Both the position numbers and the translations under genes were made by a program. A DNA stretch of 62,816 nt, counting the filler. It is 5 parts of 5 records of this genome, joined end to end, with 100 filler letters (N's around TTAATTAATTAA, not from the genome) between each part and the next. Parts side by side here need not be neighbours in the genome. Positions count along the whole stretch, not along the records: positions 53,280 to 62,816 come from SRR31156797_14136; 4 more parts are not named here. The stretch is one strand, 5' to 3'. The notes under the pieces are model-generated. The model worked only from the letters and a program-made list of their open reading frames with translations. It made no database searches and was not told the origin of the DNA. Of the stretch, positions 59,051 to 62,816 are shown piece by piece (the first letter of the stretch is position 1; each line of letters starts with the position of its first letter).

Positions 59051-59242
59051 ACTGTTATGGCTGGTAACTGGATGTGACAATGCGTTGAGGAAAAATATTT
59101 GAGAGCTATTTGGTTCTCGCCATTTATAATAAATATCAAACAAAACGACTTTTACCTGAATAAATAACTGCGATTGCAGTGTTTGGGTAAAAGAATTTTA
59201 AAACTTTCAATACACTGTGTATTGAGAAGAGTACAATAGGAA

Positions 59243-60346
59243 ATGACATTAAAAACAACAGAGAATAAAAAAGATAAGTTAGAATACATCCAATCCATTA
59301 TTCAGGGAATTAAAGTTCCGACCAAGGAACTACAGGCAAAAGCTCAGCACAAAATAAATTTTAAAACAAAACCACTTGGTTCGTTGGGTAAGCTGGAAAA
59401 AATGGCTGTTCAAATGGCAGTGGTTCAGGAAGACTTAAACCCGGAGATTCGAAAAAAAATGACGTTGGTTTTTGCCGCAGATCATGGTATCGCCGAAGAA
59501 GGTGTTTCTGCATTCCCGCAGGAAGTTACGCAGCAAATGGTACAGAATTTTTTAAACGATGGGGCGGCAATTAATGTGCTGTGTAAACACAATCGTATCG
59601 CTATCTCGATTGTGGATATGGGGGTAAAAGGACTACAGAATAATAATCCTGCACTTATTCGTAAACGAATAGGTGAGGGTACAAAAAACTTTGCTAATGA
59701 ACCGGCCATGTCGTTGGAGGAAGCCCAAAAGGCTCTGTTTGCAGGAATGGAAGTTTTTGAAGAAGAGTCGAAAAGTGAATATCCCGACATTGTTGGTTTA
59801 GGAGAGATGGGAATTGCCAATACAACAACGGCGGCTGCAATTATTAGTGTAATTACCGGAAGAACCATAAAAGAAGTTACCTGGCGTGGTACAGGTGTTG
59901 ATGATCAGGGACTGGCGCATAAAGTTGAAGTGCTGGAAAAGGCACTTTCTTTTCAGCGTCCCAATCCCAATGATGCTTTTGATGTTCTTTCAAAAGTTGG
60001 AGGCTTTGAGGTAGCAGCTATGGCTGGAGCTGCTTTGGCGGCTGCGGTAAAAGGTTGTGCCGTTGTGTTGGATGGATTGATCTCTACAGCAGCAGGTTTA
60101 ATTGCATATACCTTAAATCCTGATGTTGCCCATTATTTTATTGCAGGTCACAAATCGGTTGAAATAGGGCATGTAGCAGCGTTAAAACATATGGGGCTTG
60201 AGCCGGTACTGGATTTAGATCTGCGTTTGGGTGAAGGAACCGGCGCTGCTTTAACTATTGGATTAGCCGAAGCAGCTTGTAGAATTATGTGCGATATGGC
60301 TTCATTTGAAGAAGCAGGAGTTTCCAATAAAAGCGACAGTATTTAG
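59243..60346 (+). CDS. cobT: Nicotinate-nucleotide--dimethylbenzimidazole phosphoribosyltransferase
   Basis: TKPLGSLGKLE, FAADHG, GEMGIANTT, LRLGEGTGA. Confidence 0.97.
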   Translation: MTLKTTENKKDKLEYIQSIIQGIKVPTKELQAKAQHKINFKTKPLGSLGKLEKMAVQMAVVQEDLNPEIRKKMTLVFAADHGIAEEGVSAFPQEVTQQMVQNFLNDGAAINVLCKHNRIAISIVDMGVKGLQNNNPALIRKRIGEGTKNFANEPAMSLEEAQKALFAGMEVFEEESKSEYPDIVGLGEMGIANTTTAAAIISVITGRTIKEVTWRGTGVDDQGLAHKVEVLEKALSFQRPNPNDAFDVLSKVGGFEVAAMAGAALAAAVKGCAVVLDGLISTAAGLIAYTLNPDVAHYFIAGHKSVEIGHVAALKHMGLEPVLDLDLRLGEGTGAALTIGLAEAACRIMCDMASFEEAGVSNKSDSI

Positions 60347-60358
60347 GAATTTATAAGG

Positions 60359-61834
60359 ATGAGAAACAAAAAATACCGCCCGATAATGTTTGTGGGTACC
60401 GGATCGGATGTAGGAAAAAGTGTAATTAATGCAGGATTTTGCCGTATCTTTAAACAAGATGGATTAAGTCCTGCTCCTTTTAAAGCTCAAAACATGTCGT
60501 TGAATTCTTACCCCACACCTGATGGATTGGAAATTGGAAGGGCACAAGCTGTACAAGCTGAAGCCTGCAGAATTGAATGCATGGTTGAGATGAATCCGGT
60601 TTTAATAAAACCAACCGGTTACATGGATTCACAAATTGTGCTTAACGGGAAACCCTGGGCAAATAAAACGGCCAAAGCTTATTTTAACGAAACTGATCGG
60701 GATTTTCTTTTTAATGAAGCAATGCAAGCTTTTTCTCGTTTGGAAGAGGACTACAATCCGATTGTAGTGGAGGGAGCAGGTAGTATCTCAGAGGTGAATT
60801 TATGGGAAAAAGATATTACTAATATGCGTGTGGCAGTAGAAAAAGATGCTGCAACCTATTTAATCGCCGACATTGATAAAGGCGGTGTTTTTGGTAGTGT
60901 TTATGGTACCATGATGTTACTGCCCGAAGCAGAGCGAATAAAGGTAAAAGGACTTATCATTAATAAATTCAGAGGCGATATTTCCTTGTTTGAAGATGGT
61001 GCAAAAAAGCTGGAAGAATTGTGTGGGATCCCTGTGGTAGGTGTAATACCTCATTTTCGCGATATCTACATTGATGATGAAGATTCGGTGGTCGTCGACA
61101 AAAAACAATTTAAATCGGTTCAGGGGAAAACGAATATTGCGGTGGTTCTTTTACGGCACATGTCAAATTTTACCGATTTTAATTTCCTGGAAAAAATGCC
61201 TGGGGTTAATCTGTTTTATGCAGCCAGTCCGGAAGACATTGATGAAGCAGATATTATTATTCTACCTGGTTCAAAAAATACAATTGCAGATGTGCTTTTT
61301 TTACAAAAGCAGGGTATGGTTAAAGCCGTTAAAAAGGCAAATGAACAAGGTAAAGCCGTGTATGGTATTTGTGGTGGTTTCCAAATGATGGGAACGATGA
61401 TTCATGATCCGAAACATATTGAAGGGAAAGTCGATCATGTTCCTGGATTGGGCATACTGCCGGTTGAAACTACTATTACCGAAGATAAAGTAACCGAACA
61501 ATGTGTGTTCTCATTTCGGGATAGCAACATCCAGGGTAAAGGTTACGAAATTCATATGGGAGAGACCAGAGCTGAGAATGAAAGTCCTCTCTGTAAAACT
61601 AACAGAGGAAAACAAGATGGTTATTTTCTAAACTCCAAAACATGGGGAACATACATTCATGGTATTTTTGATAATGTGGAGATCGTAAACGAAATTTTGA
61701 AAGAATCCGGAATGAATAACCAAACAGGTATGGATTTTCAGGAATTTAAAGAGGAACAGTACGATAAACTGGCGGATTTAATCCGCAATAATATTGATTT
61801 GGAGTACATTTATAAAACCCTGAAAGTTGATTAA
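60359..61834 (+). CDS. cobQ: Cobyric acid synthase
   Basis: GTGSDVGKS, PFKAQNMSLNS, MSNFTD, GICGGFQMMG, GTYIHG. Confidence 0.97.
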   Translation: MRNKKYRPIMFVGTGSDVGKSVINAGFCRIFKQDGLSPAPFKAQNMSLNSYPTPDGLEIGRAQAVQAEACRIECMVEMNPVLIKPTGYMDSQIVLNGKPWANKTAKAYFNETDRDFLFNEAMQAFSRLEEDYNPIVVEGAGSISEVNLWEKDITNMRVAVEKDAATYLIADIDKGGVFGSVYGTMMLLPEAERIKVKGLIINKFRGDISLFEDGAKKLEELCGIPVVGVIPHFRDIYIDDEDSVVVDKKQFKSVQGKTNIAVVLLRHMSNFTDFNFLEKMPGVNLFYAASPEDIDEADIIILPGSKNTIADVLFLQKQGMVKAVKKANEQGKAVYGICGGFQMMGTMIHDPKHIEGKVDHVPGLGILPVETTITEDKVTEQCVFSFRDSNIQGKGYEIHMGETRAENESPLCKTNRGKQDGYFLNSKTWGTYIHGIFDNVEIVNEILKESGMNNQTGMDFQEFKEEQYDKLADLIRNNIDLEYIYKTLKVD

Positions 61835-62756
61835 TCATCCTGAAATAATCCTCCCGCTGTTGGTTGGTTTTCTCATCGATTGTTTGATTGGAGACCCGCA
61901 TTGGCTACCACATCCTATTCGTGCATTTGGAAATGCAATTGCCTATGGAGAGAAAATATTGAATCGGGGAAAAAGAAAAAAGTTATATGGAGGTCTTCTT
62001 TCTATTGGTTTGGTTCTGTTAACATTCTTATTGTTCTGGGGCGGTATTAAGCTGTTAACTGGGTTTAAAACCATTAAAATGGTTGTTATGGCGGTTTTTG
62101 TTTTTTACGGACTGGCTAACAGATCACTAATTCACGAGTCATGGAGGGTTGTTAAAGTCCTGAACAAGGAAGGCATAGAAGCAGGAAGAAAACAACTGAG
62201 CATGATTGTTGGACGAGATACAACTAAGCTAGATGAAAATCAAATTCGGAGGGCAGTTCTCGAAACGCTTGCCGAAAATCTCAGCGATGGAGTAATTGCA
62301 CCTCTTTTCTATTATGGATTGGGTGGTGTTCCGGCCATGATGGCATATAAAATGGGCAATACGCTCGACTCAATGATTGGTTATAAAAATGAACGATATA
62401 AAGACTTTGGCTTTTTTGCGGCAAAGTTTGATGATGTTTTAAATTTTATTCCAGCTCGTTTAACAGCTTTAATTATGGTTTTGATTACTTGGAGTTGGCG
62501 AGGATTAAAGTTCATATTTAAGTATGGAAGGAAACATAGCAGTCCAAATGCCGGATATCCCGAAGCAGCCCTTGCGGGGATATTGAACTGTAGGTTTGGT
62601 GGACCAAATATTTACCATGGAGTTTTAGTGGAAAAGCCATTTATTGGAGAAAAGGAGAGAACTTTTGTTAATGGGGATATTAAAAAAGCAGGTATTGTTA
62701 ATCTTCTAACTACTTTGTTTGTCATGTTGTTAATCGTTTTAATTTATATAAACTAA
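61827..62756 (+). CDS. cbiB: Adenosylcobinamide-phosphate synthase
   Basis: GDP..HPI, IVGRDT, ETLAENLSDG, NTLDSMIGY, SPNAGYPEAA. Confidence 0.95.
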   Translation: MINHPEIILPLLVGFLIDCLIGDPHWLPHPIRAFGNAIAYGEKILNRGKRKKLYGGLLSIGLVLLTFLLFWGGIKLLTGFKTIKMVVMAVFVFYGLANRSLIHESWRVVKVLNKEGIEAGRKQLSMIVGRDTTKLDENQIRRAVLETLAENLSDGVIAPLFYYGLGGVPAMMAYKMGNTLDSMIGYKNERYKDFGFFAAKFDDVLNFIPARLTALIMVLITWSWRGLKFIFKYGRKHSSPNAGYPEAALAGILNCRFGGPNIYHGVLVEKPFIGEKERTFVNGDIKKAGIVNLLTTLFVMLLIVLIYIN

Positions 62757-62784
62757 AAAAGGATAGGTCAACACCTATCCTTTT
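62757..62784. terminator. Bidirectional Rho-independent terminator
   Basis: AAAAGGATAGGT-caac-ACCTATCCTTTT. Confidence 0.85.
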
Positions 62785-62816
62785 CTTCTAACTAAACCAA
62801 TAAAACTAATCAAACC

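Noticed and set aside
49228-62756. Apparent duplication of cobQ and cbiB, and riboswitch apparently upstream of the TonB receptor
   Set aside because: They lie on different contigs separated by a spacer and differ in composition; adjacency is artificial
1-62816. CRISPR arrays, rRNA, transposases, prophage or defence genes
   Set aside because: No repeat-spacer array or recognisable ORFs of these kinds seen by eye

Overview
The window is a concatenation of five unrelated contig fragments joined by identical 100-nt artificial spacers (44 N + TTAATTAATTAA + 44 N) at 19248-19347, 35645-35744, 42542-42641 and 53180-53279. Taxonomy below is an impression from gene content and composition only. (1) 1-19247, Deferribacterales-like housekeeping and signalling DNA: groEL 3' part, MCP with CZB domain, GATase, GGDEF protein, CxxCH sensor kinase, leuCD, glyS, ppdK, a two-component pair, a DUF72/aminotransferase/FlhB-like operon and a truncated tRNA-Arg. 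(2) 19348-35644, Desulfobacterota-like exopolysaccharide/PEP-CTERM locus (flippase, three GT4, PssD/PssE, priming sugar transferase, OM beta-barrel, Wza, Wzc). A RiPP-like cassette is interleaved in it: nucleotidyltransferase, HPr-kinase-like P-loop protein, PqqD/RRE, S24/S26 peptidase, radical SAM-SPASM enzyme and ABC exporter. It also holds a 48-aa candidate precursor (29601-29747), absent from the ORF track, with a WxxPxL leader, two Cys, a C-terminal Ser and its own sigma-54 promoter. This is the most interesting system in the window. (3) 35745-42541, very AT-rich fragment with a GH161-like glucan phosphorylase, a YesM/YesN-like pair and an ABC binding-protein tail. (4) 42642-53179, Desulfobulbaceae-like: HDOD-GGDEF, Cache hybrid kinase, gabD, cobQ-cobD-cbiB and a truncated cobalamin riboswitch. 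(5) 53280-62816, Bacteroidota-like corrinoid uptake and salvage cluster (TonB-dependent receptor, PKD/beta-propeller lipoprotein, DUF4430 protein, cobU, cobS, cobC, cobT, cobQ, cbiB).
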